32,000 bases of DNA, from positions 30,001-62,000 of the forward strand of contig CAYRPF010000006.1 of NCBI GenBank assembly GCA_964426185.1, read 5' to 3'. Positions within the stretch are counted from its first letter, which is position 1. Every line of letters begins with the position of its first letter. The position numbers were made by a program, and so were the translations under genes. The stretch comes from an uncultured archaeon. GTDB lineage: Archaea; Asgardarchaeota; Lokiarchaeia; Sigyniarchaeales; Promethearchaeaceae. Of this stretch, positions 1-9,740 are shown in pieces. The notes below the pieces were generated by a model. It saw nothing but the letters and a program-made list of their open reading frames with translations, was not told the origin of the DNA and searched no databases.

Positions 1-136
1 AATTTTCCTCAAATTTTCTTCTAAAATGTGGATCTATTTTTTTCTTTTCGCTTAACTCATAGAAAAATTGGTTAAATACTTTAGAATCCTGCCCGAAATT
101 TTCATCTAAAAATTTATCGTTGAGAAAAAGTTCCAC
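1..136 (-). CDS. Partial hypothetical protein (N-terminus; runs off the left edge of the window)
   Basis: Manual translation from GTG at 136 gives (M)ELFLNDKFLDENFGQDSKVFNQFFYELSEKKKIDPHFRRKFEEN with no stop before the window edge. The upstream in-frame TAA is at 182-184. Not in the ORF track. Confidence 0.45.
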   Translation of the reverse strand, partial: MELFLNDKFLDENFGQDSKVFNQFFYELSEKKKIDPHFRRKFEEN

Positions 137-201
137 ATCATAATATTTCCAAGATAGGAAAAAAAAGTAGCGGTTATTGAATTATTCACATTACAAAAAA
201 A

Positions 202-840
202 TTATTCAACAGGGTAAGGAACTCCGCCTTCCATTTTAAATTTTTGACCACAAGCTTCACAAAAAGCGGAATCACTTTTTTTTAATAGAGAAACCATGGA
301 TTTAGGCATCACTGCCCCACAATTGGAACAATGAAATTTCGAAGGTTCATCTTCACCTTTCTCTTTTTCACCTTTTTCTGTTGATGGTTTCTTTGCCTGG
401 TTCATCCCTTTCTTATCTTGTTGAGTTACCTTCTTGGCGATTTCTTCACGTGTCATTATCAAATCTTTCTCTGACTTGGGAAAGAAGAAGATTTTTAACC
501 GTCGAATGGAGTTTTTATAGATTTCTACGACTGTTGCAAATTTTTGGTATCTGAAAAAACCGAAAGGAATTATAAAGAATACCCATGCAACAGAAAATAA
601 TATTATGACGATAACGAAAAGAATTAACTTCAAAATCCAGAAAATTCCTTTGAATATAGCTGCAAATCCATCTAGAATTCTATAAAGAAAATACAACAAT
701 GTAGCCAGCAAAGCAAAAACTACAATTCCAATAATAACCTTTTCTGGAGTTTCCATGGCTAAATAATTTTGCCACATACTGCTAAATCCTAACAAATTCA
801 CGGTTGAAAGAATGAATTGGATCATTAATATGCACTTCAT
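202..840 (-). CDS. Membrane protein with a C-terminal zinc ribbon
   Basis: Two or three long hydrophobic segments, a charged linker, then CSNC-x19-CEAC. The ORF opens at 921, but ATG 840 or 825 is the more plausible start (TATA-like ttatataa near 857-864). Confidence 0.75.
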   Translation of the reverse strand: MKCILMIQFILSTVNLLGFSSMWQNYLAMETPEKVIIGIVVFALLATLLYFLYRILDGFAAIFKGIFWILKLILFVIVIILFSVAWVFFIIPFGFFRYQKFATVVEIYKNSIRRLKIFFFPKSEKDLIMTREEIAKKVTQQDKKGMNQAKKPSTEKGEKEKGEDEPSKFHCSNCGAVMPKSMVSLLKKSDSAFCEACGQKFKMEGGVPYPVE

Positions 841-945
841 TATGATGATATTATTGTTATATAATATTATCTCTTTTATTAGAAATAACTTTAGGCCAAA
901 ATTTGGCGTAGGATCTAACACTTTTATTTTATGGAATTTTAGATT

Positions 946-3045
946 ATGCTAATGGAAAAAAACTTTGATAGATCATCTTCAAGCGATTTAACTTTCCGAT
1001 TCGGCACTTGCACCAAAGATTGCTACGGAGCTTGCGTATTTTCCGGTTTATGGAATGACAACAACATTCACCAGCCACTTAAAAAAACCATCCCTTCTGA
1101 AAATCACCCTTTCACTCAAGGAACCTTTTGCCCTAAATTCAGCAACAAGATTGGTTCTATCTATCATCCTTCAAGACTAAAACACCCATTGAAACGAATG
1201 AACGAAAAACCCTGTCCAATTTCCGATTTTAATACCATTAGCATGGATGATGCTTGGGAAATCTTAAATCAAAAATTATTAGATATTTACATTAAGTACG
1301 GTCCTGAGAAATTATTAGCCGCTTTTTATTCTGGAAACACCGGTTTACTCTCACAATATTCCCCATTACGTTTTTTTCATCAAATAAATGCTTTGGTTAC
1401 CAATGGTGGGATATGCAATGAGGGGGGTTGCGCCGGGTTGAGTCAACTCTTCGGCACTTATTCACTCTCCCACCCTCTTCAAATCTTACGCCCCGAAAGC
1501 GATTTGATAGTTATTTGGAATTCAGATTTGACTAATAACAATAACCATGCCCATTTATTAGTTAGAAAAGCTCAACAGCGCGGCGCCAAATTGGTTGTAA
1601 TCGATTCCCGTCGTACCAAAATTGCAGAACAAGCTGATTATTTTTACCAAATCTCTCTGAATACGTCTCATTTGTTTAGTTTGGCGATAATTAGAGAAAT
1701 ATTGCAGAAGAAAGCAGAAAATAAAGAATTTCTAAACAAATATGTAAAAGATTGGGAAGTTATTAAAAGTTTAATTGAAAATCTTGAATTTATTAACTTA
1801 TTAAAGATCCTTGGTTTGACTCAAAATGATCTTGAAGAGATAACATCACTGCTTATCGAAAATATGGAACACAGTCTTTTTATGATTGGATATGGAACTC
1901 AAAAAGATCGTTTTGGGGGTTACTATGTTCAAATAATCGCTTTACTTCAAATAATTTTAGGAAATATTGGAAAAGCGGGCGCTGGAATCATTTATTCTTT
2001 AAGCGATCATAAACGTGAGATTAAAGACAAAATAATTAGCAAAATCGCCCCACAATCTAGCAATTATTTTGCAAACGAGGATGAATCTTTAAATATTATA
2101 AAATTGGCAGATATTCTAAAAAATAGGGATATAAAACTGCTTTTTATCTACAACTTCAACCCTGCCAGTAGTTTACCAAATCAAACATTTCTGCGGGAGC
2201 AGTTGAAAAGAGAAGATCTATATGTCGTTGTGTTGGATTGTTTTCCCAACGAAACCATGGCATTTGCTGATTTAGTTTTTCCTATGAAAATGTCTGTGGA
2301 AACAAATGATTTAGTTTCCTCATATTACATGCCGGGACTTTCAATTACTCAAGCAGGACCTTGTCCTTATCCCGATTGCAATTCTTCTCATGAATTTTTC
2401 AATCAGTTGGGGATAGATATCGGTCATCAATTGAGTTGGAGCAAAGGAATTTTAAATTTATTCAAAACAAATTCAAAAGAGCTAGTAGAAGAATGTTTGC
2501 ATGTTCTCTCATCAGAGCAGCAAACTAACATTTTGAATCATGGTTATACCTTATTTTTCAAACCCGAAGATATTTTCTATAAGGATATGAGTTTCGCCAC
2601 TCGTTCGGGGAAAATTGAATTGGATTCCATTAAATCTTATTTATCAGAATTTCATTTAGCTACTATAAAAAAAATTCAGAAAGAACCTGATGAACTTTTC
2701 TTATATACTCCCCATCACCCCCGTTTTCTTCATTCTCAATTGGGAGAAATCAATCAAAAATTCCACGCCGATTTTTCCAAAGCTTTCATGAATCCAGGCG
2801 ATATCGATAAATTCAAGTTGCAATTGGGTGAAAATGTGAAAATTTACAACAAGATAGGGGAAGGGATATATGAAGTTGCAAAAATGGATTCTTTGACAGA
2901 GGGAATGGTATTAATCTATTCTGGGGGTCCAAATCGTCATCCTTTAACGCCTAATGCGAATTTTTTTACCGATCCCCAACCAGAACTATTGGGACATTCT
3001 GGGTCCTATTTTATGGGCACGATAAGGCTTAAATCTCTTAAGTAA
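946..3045 (+). CDS. Molybdopterin (bis-MGD, DMSO reductase superfamily) oxidoreductase, uncharacterised subfamily
   Basis: N-terminal Fe-S motif CTKDCYGAC...GTFCPK, then RLKHPLKR, a putative Cys metal ligand in GGICNEGG, LVVIDSRRTKIAEQAD, YNFNPASS, ETMAFADLVFP, and a C-terminal molydopterin-binding domain (HSQ...MNPGD). No Tat signal seen. Confidence 0.9.
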   Translation: MLMEKNFDRSSSSDLTFRFGTCTKDCYGACVFSGLWNDNNIHQPLKKTIPSENHPFTQGTFCPKFSNKIGSIYHPSRLKHPLKRMNEKPCPISDFNTISMDDAWEILNQKLLDIYIKYGPEKLLAAFYSGNTGLLSQYSPLRFFHQINALVTNGGICNEGGCAGLSQLFGTYSLSHPLQILRPESDLIVIWNSDLTNNNNHAHLLVRKAQQRGAKLVVIDSRRTKIAEQADYFYQISLNTSHLFSLAIIREILQKKAENKEFLNKYVKDWEVIKSLIENLEFINLLKILGLTQNDLEEITSLLIENMEHSLFMIGYGTQKDRFGGYYVQIIALLQIILGNIGKAGAGIIYSLSDHKREIKDKIISKIAPQSSNYFANEDESLNIIKLADILKNRDIKLLFIYNFNPASSLPNQTFLREQLKREDLYVVVLDCFPNETMAFADLVFPMKMSVETNDLVSSYYMPGLSITQAGPCPYPDCNSSHEFFNQLGIDIGHQLSWSKGILNLFKTNSKELVEECLHVLSSEQQTNILNHGYTLFFKPEDIFYKDMSFATRSGKIELDSIKSYLSEFHLATIKKIQKEPDELFLYTPHHPRFLHSQLGEINQKFHADFSKAFMNPGDIDKFKLQLGENVKIYNKIGEGIYEVAKMDSLTEGMVLIYSGGPNRHPLTPNANFFTDPQPELLGHSGSYFMGTIRLKSLK

Positions 3046-3066
3046 TACTTTTTTCCTTTCTTTTAT
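3046..3066. terminator. T-rich tract between convergent genes (probable archaeal intrinsic terminator)
   Basis: tacttttttcctttcttttat lies directly after the TAA of the oxidoreductase gene. Confidence 0.45.
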
Positions 3067-3639
3067 TTAGTGAAATTTACTGTCGATTTTTCCCAGAGCA
3101 GATTTCCACTCTTTGATTTTTTCGGAGATTTCCTCATATAGTATCCTTTCTTCTTGGGTAAGGTAACGCTCAGATTGACTTTTACCCGTTTGAACGGCTA
3201 GTCGATTTATTTTAGCTAACCGAACTCTAATTAAATCATTTACATCGCTTAATAACTGCTTAAATTCTTGACGAGGGACTTTTCCTTGTTCATATAATGA
3301 ATTTATAATCTCCAATTGTTCCCTTGCTTGAGTGTAAATAAAGTCTTCAGCAATTTTTCCCAATTCTGGATTTGTTGATTCTTGGAAATTAATTTTCTGA
3401 ATTCCTTTTCGATCTAATTGGCTTGAATCATCAAATTTAACTACCCCTTCTTCTACCAAGATTCGAGCGATGTATTGTTCTATCGTCATTGGATGGCCCA
3501 ATTTAAACGGACCAATAAATTTTCCCAAAATAGAGAAAGAAGGGAATTCTTTGATTACAATAACATCTACTTTTTGGTGAATGTATTCATTTTGATCTCG
3601 TTTTAATTTGTTTTTAATTGAAAATGGGCACATAAACAA
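3067..3639 (-). CDS. gins23: GINS complex subunit, Gins23 (Psf2/Psf3-like, B-A domain order)
   Basis: N-terminal beta B-domain (VDVIVIKEFPSF..GKFIGPFKLG...IARILVEEGVVKF) followed by a helical A-domain with RVRLAKINRLA and LTQEERILYEEI...W. The start may be ATG 3633. Confidence 0.8.
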   Translation of the reverse strand: MFMCPFSIKNKLKRDQNEYIHQKVDVIVIKEFPSFSILGKFIGPFKLGHPMTIEQYIARILVEEGVVKFDDSSQLDRKGIQKINFQESTNPELGKIAEDFIYTQAREQLEIINSLYEQGKVPRQEFKQLLSDVNDLIRVRLAKINRLAVQTGKSQSERYLTQEERILYEEISEKIKEWKSALGKIDSKFH

Positions 3640-3729
3640 GAAATTTAAGCACTATTTCTTTAAAAAATGCGTTGTTGGAAGATCAATAAAAAGAAAAAGA
3701 AAAAAAGGATTATAATCAATGTAATAATC

Positions 3730-6700
3730 ATGAATTTTTTGGATTTTTGGAAAGTATTCAGTATTCCTACCACTTTAAATGCTTGGACAATTGGTTTATT
3801 AATTTTCTTTGTGGGCAGTGTTATTTTGGGCTATATTATGATGGCATCTCAAGTAAAAATAGTTAAGAAAGAATTTTGGAAGGGAACAGATACCTTAAAA
3901 TGTTTTATTTTTGGGTTTTTCTTTGGAAGTGCTTTAACCGTTATTGGAACTACAATTATTACCTTCATTTTTGATTTAAACGATTTAGGATATCATGATC
4001 AAGCCATTCTACTAATCCTTCCAATGGTATTTTGCTTAATTTTTGTTAGCATATATCCTCTTATTGAATTTTTATTTATGGCTCATTTTTCACATTATAT
4101 ATCCACTACACCTTTCCAAAAACCATTTGAATCTCTGATTAAAAAATTTCGAAAACCTTGGAGTTATATTATCGCGGTTATTTTATATTTCGTCGTTATG
4201 GTACTTCCAATTATTATTATGGTTGCGGGATTTCAAATTAAATTCATTATCGCTTGGTTAAGTTGGCAGTTAATATATCCCATGATTATCATTCTTTACT
4301 ATGCATCCGTTGGTTATATCATAGCCTTTGGAATTTTTACTATTAGTATTCCATATTTACCGCGATCAACTTTTCTTCATCATGATAAGAGTAAACGAGC
4401 TGTGCAAGAATTTTTCCGAGATCCTGGTACTTATTTTACCTATTTCACCTTATTTTATTCTTATATTTATTTCATTTACCGAACCTATGCTACTCTCACG
4501 AGATTTGATCTAAATTATGTTGCTTATTATCCTCCATGGTATAACGTTGATTGGTCTATTCCTATTTCGTTAGCATTTGCAGTTACTGCATATTATCATC
4601 GATATTGGAAAAGAAAAGTTAAATCCTCCACACAATCTATTTTATTTTCCACTTTTTTAATCGCGGCAATGGGAGTAAACATTATGTTGAATTACTTAAT
4701 TTCCCGTCCATTTGTATTTCAAGAATTATTCGAAAAATGGGTTGTTACTGCTGAACTTTATGATGTACGCGGTTTCAACATATTGGGAAATCCCGTTGGA
4801 GTTTATACGGAGTTAAATTTGATTGGTGTGATCGAAGAATTGATGCTTTTCGTGATTATCTCTTATTTTTTCTTCATTCAAAAAAATCATAAAGCTATTC
4901 GTGATACATTCTTTGGAACGGTGACTTCTTCCGAAGAAAAATTCAATCCTATTCCTGCATTCAACATGATTCGTTTTCAAGACGAATTTGAACAGCAATT
5001 TGCGTACGAATCTTTAGAACGAATGTACACGCGGATTCCTAATAAGCGTGGCTATGATTTCATTCAAAACAGATTTAGATTACCTCTTTTTGATGCACTT
5101 TCAGATCGTTCTCATAGATTTGGATATTATTGGAGTCAAAAACTTCTCACAAAAATAATGTCTGTTTATCCTATGAGGATAGCACCATTAGTCGAAAATG
5201 GATTACAATCTCCCAACAGCGACTTAATTTCTTCGATTTTTCAATGTTTCACCCCTGAAACTTATCTATGTTTGAAAAAAATCGATGAAAAATTAATTCT
5301 ATTTCACCTTAACGGTAGAAATTTAATTCTTAAACAACAAGCTCTAAAGATTTTGCTGTTAAAATACACCAATGAAGAAGATTCTCAACTATCTCCATCA
5401 GATGAGCTATTAGAAGCTGCTCAACGGCTTCTTCTATTTCCTGATTATAATATCCAGAGTATGACTCTTCGTCTATTAGCGAACTTCCCAGAACAGGTTG
5501 ATCATTCTATCTTTCTTTCCCGATTGAATGATCCCATTCCAGTTATTCAAAATTCTGTAGCGCATATTGCAGGCGAAATTGCTAAGGATGAGATCAACTC
5601 ATTAAGTATTCCAAAATTAATTGAAATGGCTTCGGATATTAATCCTAATATTCGTGTAAAAGTTTTAGACACATTAGCAAAAATGGGGAATTTTGAAAAA
5701 AACAACATCCCAATTGAAATCTTCAAAGATAATATGTTTGATCCAAATGATAAGATTCGACAAGTCTCCTTTCATGGATTGAGGGCTTATCTTCAAGAAA
5801 AACCCTACGCAATTTCAGTTAATTATTTATTGGAAATAACAGAAAATACTGAAATTGAAACCCAAAAATACCTTATCACTTTATTCCCCCCAATTTGGAA
5901 GCAAAATCCTTCTAAAATTTTGTCAATTTTGAAAAAATATTTAAAAATGCCTGAGCACAGCCTTTCTCGTTTAGCTCAAGAGCAAATTCTTAAAATGGCT
6001 CAACAAGATCCGCGATTTCTGGTGTCCGAATTGATATATGAATCTGAAACTGAAAGTATTTTGACGCGTGGGAAAATTGCCCAAACAATTCTTCAAATCT
6101 GTTTAAAATTTCCTAAGCAAACTATCCCTCTTTTGATTAAAAACCTCTCTTCTACAAATACTAATGCAAAAATTAATGCTGCTCGTGTATTAACAGATTT
6201 TTCCAAAAATCATACTCTTAACATCCCATTAAAAACTTTAGTTAATATTTGGAGAAATGAACCATCAGAAAACATAAAAAATGAATTAATTCCATTAATT
6301 AAGTATGTTGGGTTAAAAGAGCCTAATAAAATTGCACAATTCATTGAAGATTTTAGTAAAATTTATGCTAAATCAAGTAAAGCTTTAAAACTATCCATTG
6401 CAAAAATGTTTTCCATTTTATCGGCTAAGAATCCAAACCTCATTCCTTTGAAATTGGTTGAGAAGATGGTCGAAGATCCAGAATCTTCCATCCGAGAACA
6501 AGGCTATAATATTTTAAGTAAAATTGAAGACAAAAATTTGAAAAAAAGGATTAATATTTTGAAAAAGGGGTTGAAAGAAGAAGATCTGAACATTAAGAAA
6601 AATGTAATTCAAGATTTAATGAAATTGGCTTTGCACTTAAACGACTCCAAGCTATTTACCAACATTCTCAAATTACTCGATGATTCAAATAAATGGACTA

Positions 6701-7167
6701 GAAAAGCAGTGTGGGATGCTCTTGCATTGTTGGAAAACCAGTCGAAAAATGTATTAGATGTAAAGAAGATCTTGAGCAATATTGATCTAAATACTGAAGT
6801 AGAAGAAGTTATTTATTCCTTTTTAAAATGGGCAGGAATGTTAAGTAAAAATGAATTTGAGCAAATATTTCCTTATATATTGAAATTAATGGAACATGAA
6901 AAGGAATCAATTCGGACTGCTGCAATTTCAACTTTAGTCAGATTATCGGAAAATTTAAAATCCGATCAGATAATTCCACGGTTGCTAAGTTATCTTTCAG
7001 ATGAAACTCCAGTTAGACTGGAAGAATCGGTGGTTTTAGCACTAAACCGGATTGCAAAATATGAGAAAAAAGAAATTAAAGAGCGAGTGATTAGATTATT
7101 AAGTATTCGAGCTCACAACACACAGAATAAAATTTTCCAACATGTTTTAGCAGATTTAAAAAAATAG
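3730..7167 (+). CDS. Polytopic membrane protein fused to a long C-terminal HEAT-repeat solenoid
   Basis: The first ~400 aa contain roughly 9-10 hydrophobic helices. The remainder has repeated HEAT-like units (LNDPIPVIQ, ASDINPNIRVKV, FDPNDKIRQ, VEDPESSIREQG, LDDSNKWTRKAV, MEHEKESIRTAA). The ORF opens at 3667; ATG 3730 is the likelier start. Confidence 0.85.
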   Translation: MNFLDFWKVFSIPTTLNAWTIGLLIFFVGSVILGYIMMASQVKIVKKEFWKGTDTLKCFIFGFFFGSALTVIGTTIITFIFDLNDLGYHDQAILLILPMVFCLIFVSIYPLIEFLFMAHFSHYISTTPFQKPFESLIKKFRKPWSYIIAVILYFVVMVLPIIIMVAGFQIKFIIAWLSWQLIYPMIIILYYASVGYIIAFGIFTISIPYLPRSTFLHHDKSKRAVQEFFRDPGTYFTYFTLFYSYIYFIYRTYATLTRFDLNYVAYYPPWYNVDWSIPISLAFAVTAYYHRYWKRKVKSSTQSILFSTFLIAAMGVNIMLNYLISRPFVFQELFEKWVVTAELYDVRGFNILGNPVGVYTELNLIGVIEELMLFVIISYFFFIQKNHKAIRDTFFGTVTSSEEKFNPIPAFNMIRFQDEFEQQFAYESLERMYTRIPNKRGYDFIQNRFRLPLFDALSDRSHRFGYYWSQKLLTKIMSVYPMRIAPLVENGLQSPNSDLISSIFQCFTPETYLCLKKIDEKLILFHLNGRNLILKQQALKILLLKYTNEEDSQLSPSDELLEAAQRLLLFPDYNIQSMTLRLLANFPEQVDHSIFLSRLNDPIPVIQNSVAHIAGEIAKDEINSLSIPKLIEMASDINPNIRVKVLDTLAKMGNFEKNNIPIEIFKDNMFDPNDKIRQVSFHGLRAYLQEKPYAISVNYLLEITENTEIETQKYLITLFPPIWKQNPSKILSILKKYLKMPEHSLSRLAQEQILKMAQQDPRFLVSELIYESETESILTRGKIAQTILQICLKFPKQTIPLLIKNLSSTNTNAKINAARVLTDFSKNHTLNIPLKTLVNIWRNEPSENIKNELIPLIKYVGLKEPNKIAQFIEDFSKIYAKSSKALKLSIAKMFSILSAKNPNLIPLKLVEKMVEDPESSIREQGYNILSKIEDKNLKKRINILKKGLKEEDLNIKKNVIQDLMKLALHLNDSKLFTNILKLLDDSNKWTRKAVWDALALLENQSKNVLDVKKILSNIDLNTEVEEVIYSFLKWAGMLSKNEFEQIFPYILKLMEHEKESIRTAAISTLVRLSENLKSDQIIPRLLSYLSDETPVRLEESVVLALNRIAKYEKKEIKERVIRLLSIRAHNTQNKIFQHVLADLKK

Positions 7168-7171
7168 GAGA

Positions 7172-8770
7172 TCATTTAAGTGAAGAAAGTAATGAAGAAT
7201 ATTTCTGCTTCATCTTTATATTGATCAATTCTTTGTCAAATAGATTTTTTATTCCTACTTCAATATTTTTTCGATAATCTACTGTTTTTTCTAAAGTAAA
7301 TTCGAAATTACTTCGCAGTTTCATGTCATCATCCAAAATTTCAGAAATATCCTTTTCAAACTGAAAAAACGCATCAGAAAATGGTTTTCTAGAGAGATTT
7401 GGACCGATTATCGAGGGAAGGATGATTTCAAATCGCTCCTCAAAATCATCATCTTCTATGAGAGCGATTCCAATTGGAATATAAAATTTACTTGTTGGAT
7501 TACGAATATTAGTGATCTCATCATTAATCTGCCATTTTCTAATTTCATTTTCAGTTTGCATACATTCTTTCATTTTTTCATCAATAATGGATAAAATTTC
7601 CTGTTCGAGTGTTGATAATTCATCTAAATTCTTTTGAATTATCCTAATTTTTTCAGAGTGCTCTTGTTTTAAATTTTGAATTTTCTGCTCTTGTTCTTCT
7701 TTTTTCATCTGTAATTCTTGAGCAAGTAATGCAACTTTTTCTTCCGCGGATAGATTAGTTTTCTCCAATTCCTCGCGAATATGATTTATTTTATTTGAAA
7801 TCAAATCAAGTTCATTATTTGATTTATCTAATATTTCTCTAAGAAATGCAACGTTTTGAAAGGCATCAACCACTACATCTCCAATTTTTCTGGTTTTTAA
7901 AGTATCTAACTGGAGAAATTCGCTATTATGCTTGTTTGCATCTTCAAATAATAGATCAATTCTAATAAATAGCTTGCCTATCCGTTCAATAATTGATTTC
8001 TGTTCTTGAAGAATCCATTGATCAATATTATTTCTTGCTTCATCCATTTTGGCTTTAATGCTTACATCATCAATTTGATCCAGATTTTTTATCTTCTTTT
8101 TATAAAAATCATCTACATCTTTCAATTGTACTTTTAAATCTAATTTCCATTTCTCGATAGGTTCAGTTACTAAATCTATCAAAGTTTTCCAACGATGTTT
8201 GGTTCCTCTAATGAAATTTAACAATTCAATCCATTCTTGTGCATAATCTAAAGCATCATCAAACGAGTATTGGCTTTCTAATTGTTCAATTTTCGAAAGA
8301 TCTACCGGCTTCACATATTTCATCATTTTTCCTAATCCATTTAGAATTTCAGGAGGAAATAAACCAGGTATTTTCTTTATGAGATATTCATTATCGGAAA
8401 CATCGGTTTGCTGTTCAGAAATCTCTATTGTTTCTTGAAATTTAATAATTGATTTTGCCTTTTTTAAGCGTTCTAAATATTCCAAATCTTTATTACGTAG
8501 AATGTGACCTACTTGGGCACTTCTGGGAGCATTTGGAATTTTATTTTCAAAAAACAACACTCCAACATTATCTATTACTAATTTAGCATTTGGTTCGGAT
8601 TGAATAAACATGATGGGCCAAAGTATTTCTGAGATTTTAACAATATGTTCTTTCTCTAAATTTAATCTATTTAAAATTGTGATGAAATTTATAGCAAGAG
8701 TTTCATTTAAACTTAACTCAAGGTGCGTTTTTTCTTCTAGGGTAAAGGGAAATTTGTTAACCATATACAC
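7172..8770 (-). CDS. Hypothetical long coiled-coil protein
   Basis: Central ~250 aa are E/K/Q/L-rich heptads, flanked by short beta-rich segments (LWPIMFIQ; FYIPIGIALI). Confidence 0.8.
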   Translation of the reverse strand: MYMVNKFPFTLEEKTHLELSLNETLAINFITILNRLNLEKEHIVKISEILWPIMFIQSEPNAKLVIDNVGVLFFENKIPNAPRSAQVGHILRNKDLEYLERLKKAKSIIKFQETIEISEQQTDVSDNEYLIKKIPGLFPPEILNGLGKMMKYVKPVDLSKIEQLESQYSFDDALDYAQEWIELLNFIRGTKHRWKTLIDLVTEPIEKWKLDLKVQLKDVDDFYKKKIKNLDQIDDVSIKAKMDEARNNIDQWILQEQKSIIERIGKLFIRIDLLFEDANKHNSEFLQLDTLKTRKIGDVVVDAFQNVAFLREILDKSNNELDLISNKINHIREELEKTNLSAEEKVALLAQELQMKKEEQEQKIQNLKQEHSEKIRIIQKNLDELSTLEQEILSIIDEKMKECMQTENEIRKWQINDEITNIRNPTSKFYIPIGIALIEDDDFEERFEIILPSIIGPNLSRKPFSDAFFQFEKDISEILDDDMKLRSNFEFTLEKTVDYRKNIEVGIKNLFDKELINIKMKQKYSSLLSSLK

Positions 8771-8848
8771 TCGCTCTGATACTTGATAATACTATATTCT
8801 ATTTCTTACCAAAAAATATATATTTATTCTTATCCACAAAAAAGATCA

Positions 8849-9694
8849 ATGAAAGAATCACAAGAAAGTATCGAAGTTATGGTTGAATGCCCAAATTGCA
8901 AAAAAACCAAACTAATCACAGTTCCAAAATATCTCTTTTCAAATAAAAAAATGGGAACTTTGAAAGTTCAAGTTCATTCTGGGATTTGCTGTGAGCATGA
9001 ATTTATTGCTTTTGTATCCAATAATGGAAAAGTACGGGGTTATGAATCAATTGATATGGCTTTAGATCTTTCCAAAGTTGAGAAAGCAGCTGTTGAAGGT
9101 AAAATTTTCTTACGAGATCTAATTGCTACATATGGTGACTATGCAATAAGTTCATGTTTACATGCAATATTATGTAATTTTCCCATCATTTTTCTCCGTT
9201 CATCTTTAGAAAAGAGTAAAACCGCATTAATCTCCCATCTATTGAATGAATTTTTGCCAGATGTATATAAACAAACATTGGTTCAAGTTTCCACGATTAT
9301 AGAGTCGGAATACCAAGAAAGTCATATTGGTGACTGTTTGGTAATTAGTCCTGGGGGTGTAGTTGCCCATTCTCCATGGCAAGACATTCCCTTAAAGTTA
9401 GAGAAGGAACTACTCACGGATGCTTTAGGAATCTTAGATGACGAATCTCAAACAGTAGTTATGCAACAAGAATTAGGCAAAATTTTCGAACATGCGGAAT
9501 TTATCATAAAAAAGATAGAAAAAAAGGAGATATATGAAGAAGACTTAATGAAAGATTTTAAGAAAGAATTTAAAAAACCTCTTAATGAGGCATATTTGAA
9601 CTTATTAAAACAAGTGATTGAATATCGTTATAAGAAGGATGTTTCTCGTATAAAAATACGCAGTTTTGACACCTTAAAAGAAGGTTTATGGTAA
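8849..9694 (+). CDS. Hypothetical protein with an N-terminal zinc-binding domain (Lokiarchaeia-expanded type)
   Basis: CPNC...GICCEHEFIAFVSNNGKVRGYESID pattern. The ORF opens at 8783 (TTG); ATG 8849 is preferred. Confidence 0.8.
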   Translation: MKESQESIEVMVECPNCKKTKLITVPKYLFSNKKMGTLKVQVHSGICCEHEFIAFVSNNGKVRGYESIDMALDLSKVEKAAVEGKIFLRDLIATYGDYAISSCLHAILCNFPIIFLRSSLEKSKTALISHLLNEFLPDVYKQTLVQVSTIIESEYQESHIGDCLVISPGGVVAHSPWQDIPLKLEKELLTDALGILDDESQTVVMQQELGKIFEHAEFIIKKIEKKEIYEEDLMKDFKKEFKKPLNEAYLNLLKQVIEYRYKKDVSRIKIRSFDTLKEGLW

Positions 9695-9740
9695 TAAACA
9701 CTTTAAAAGAAGATTTTTCTGTTTTTTTTAACTATATTAA

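Noticed and set aside
946-3045. Selenocysteine-containing formate dehydrogenase
   Set aside because: The ORF is uninterrupted with a Cys codon at the ligand position and lacks the FDH (C/U)H motif.
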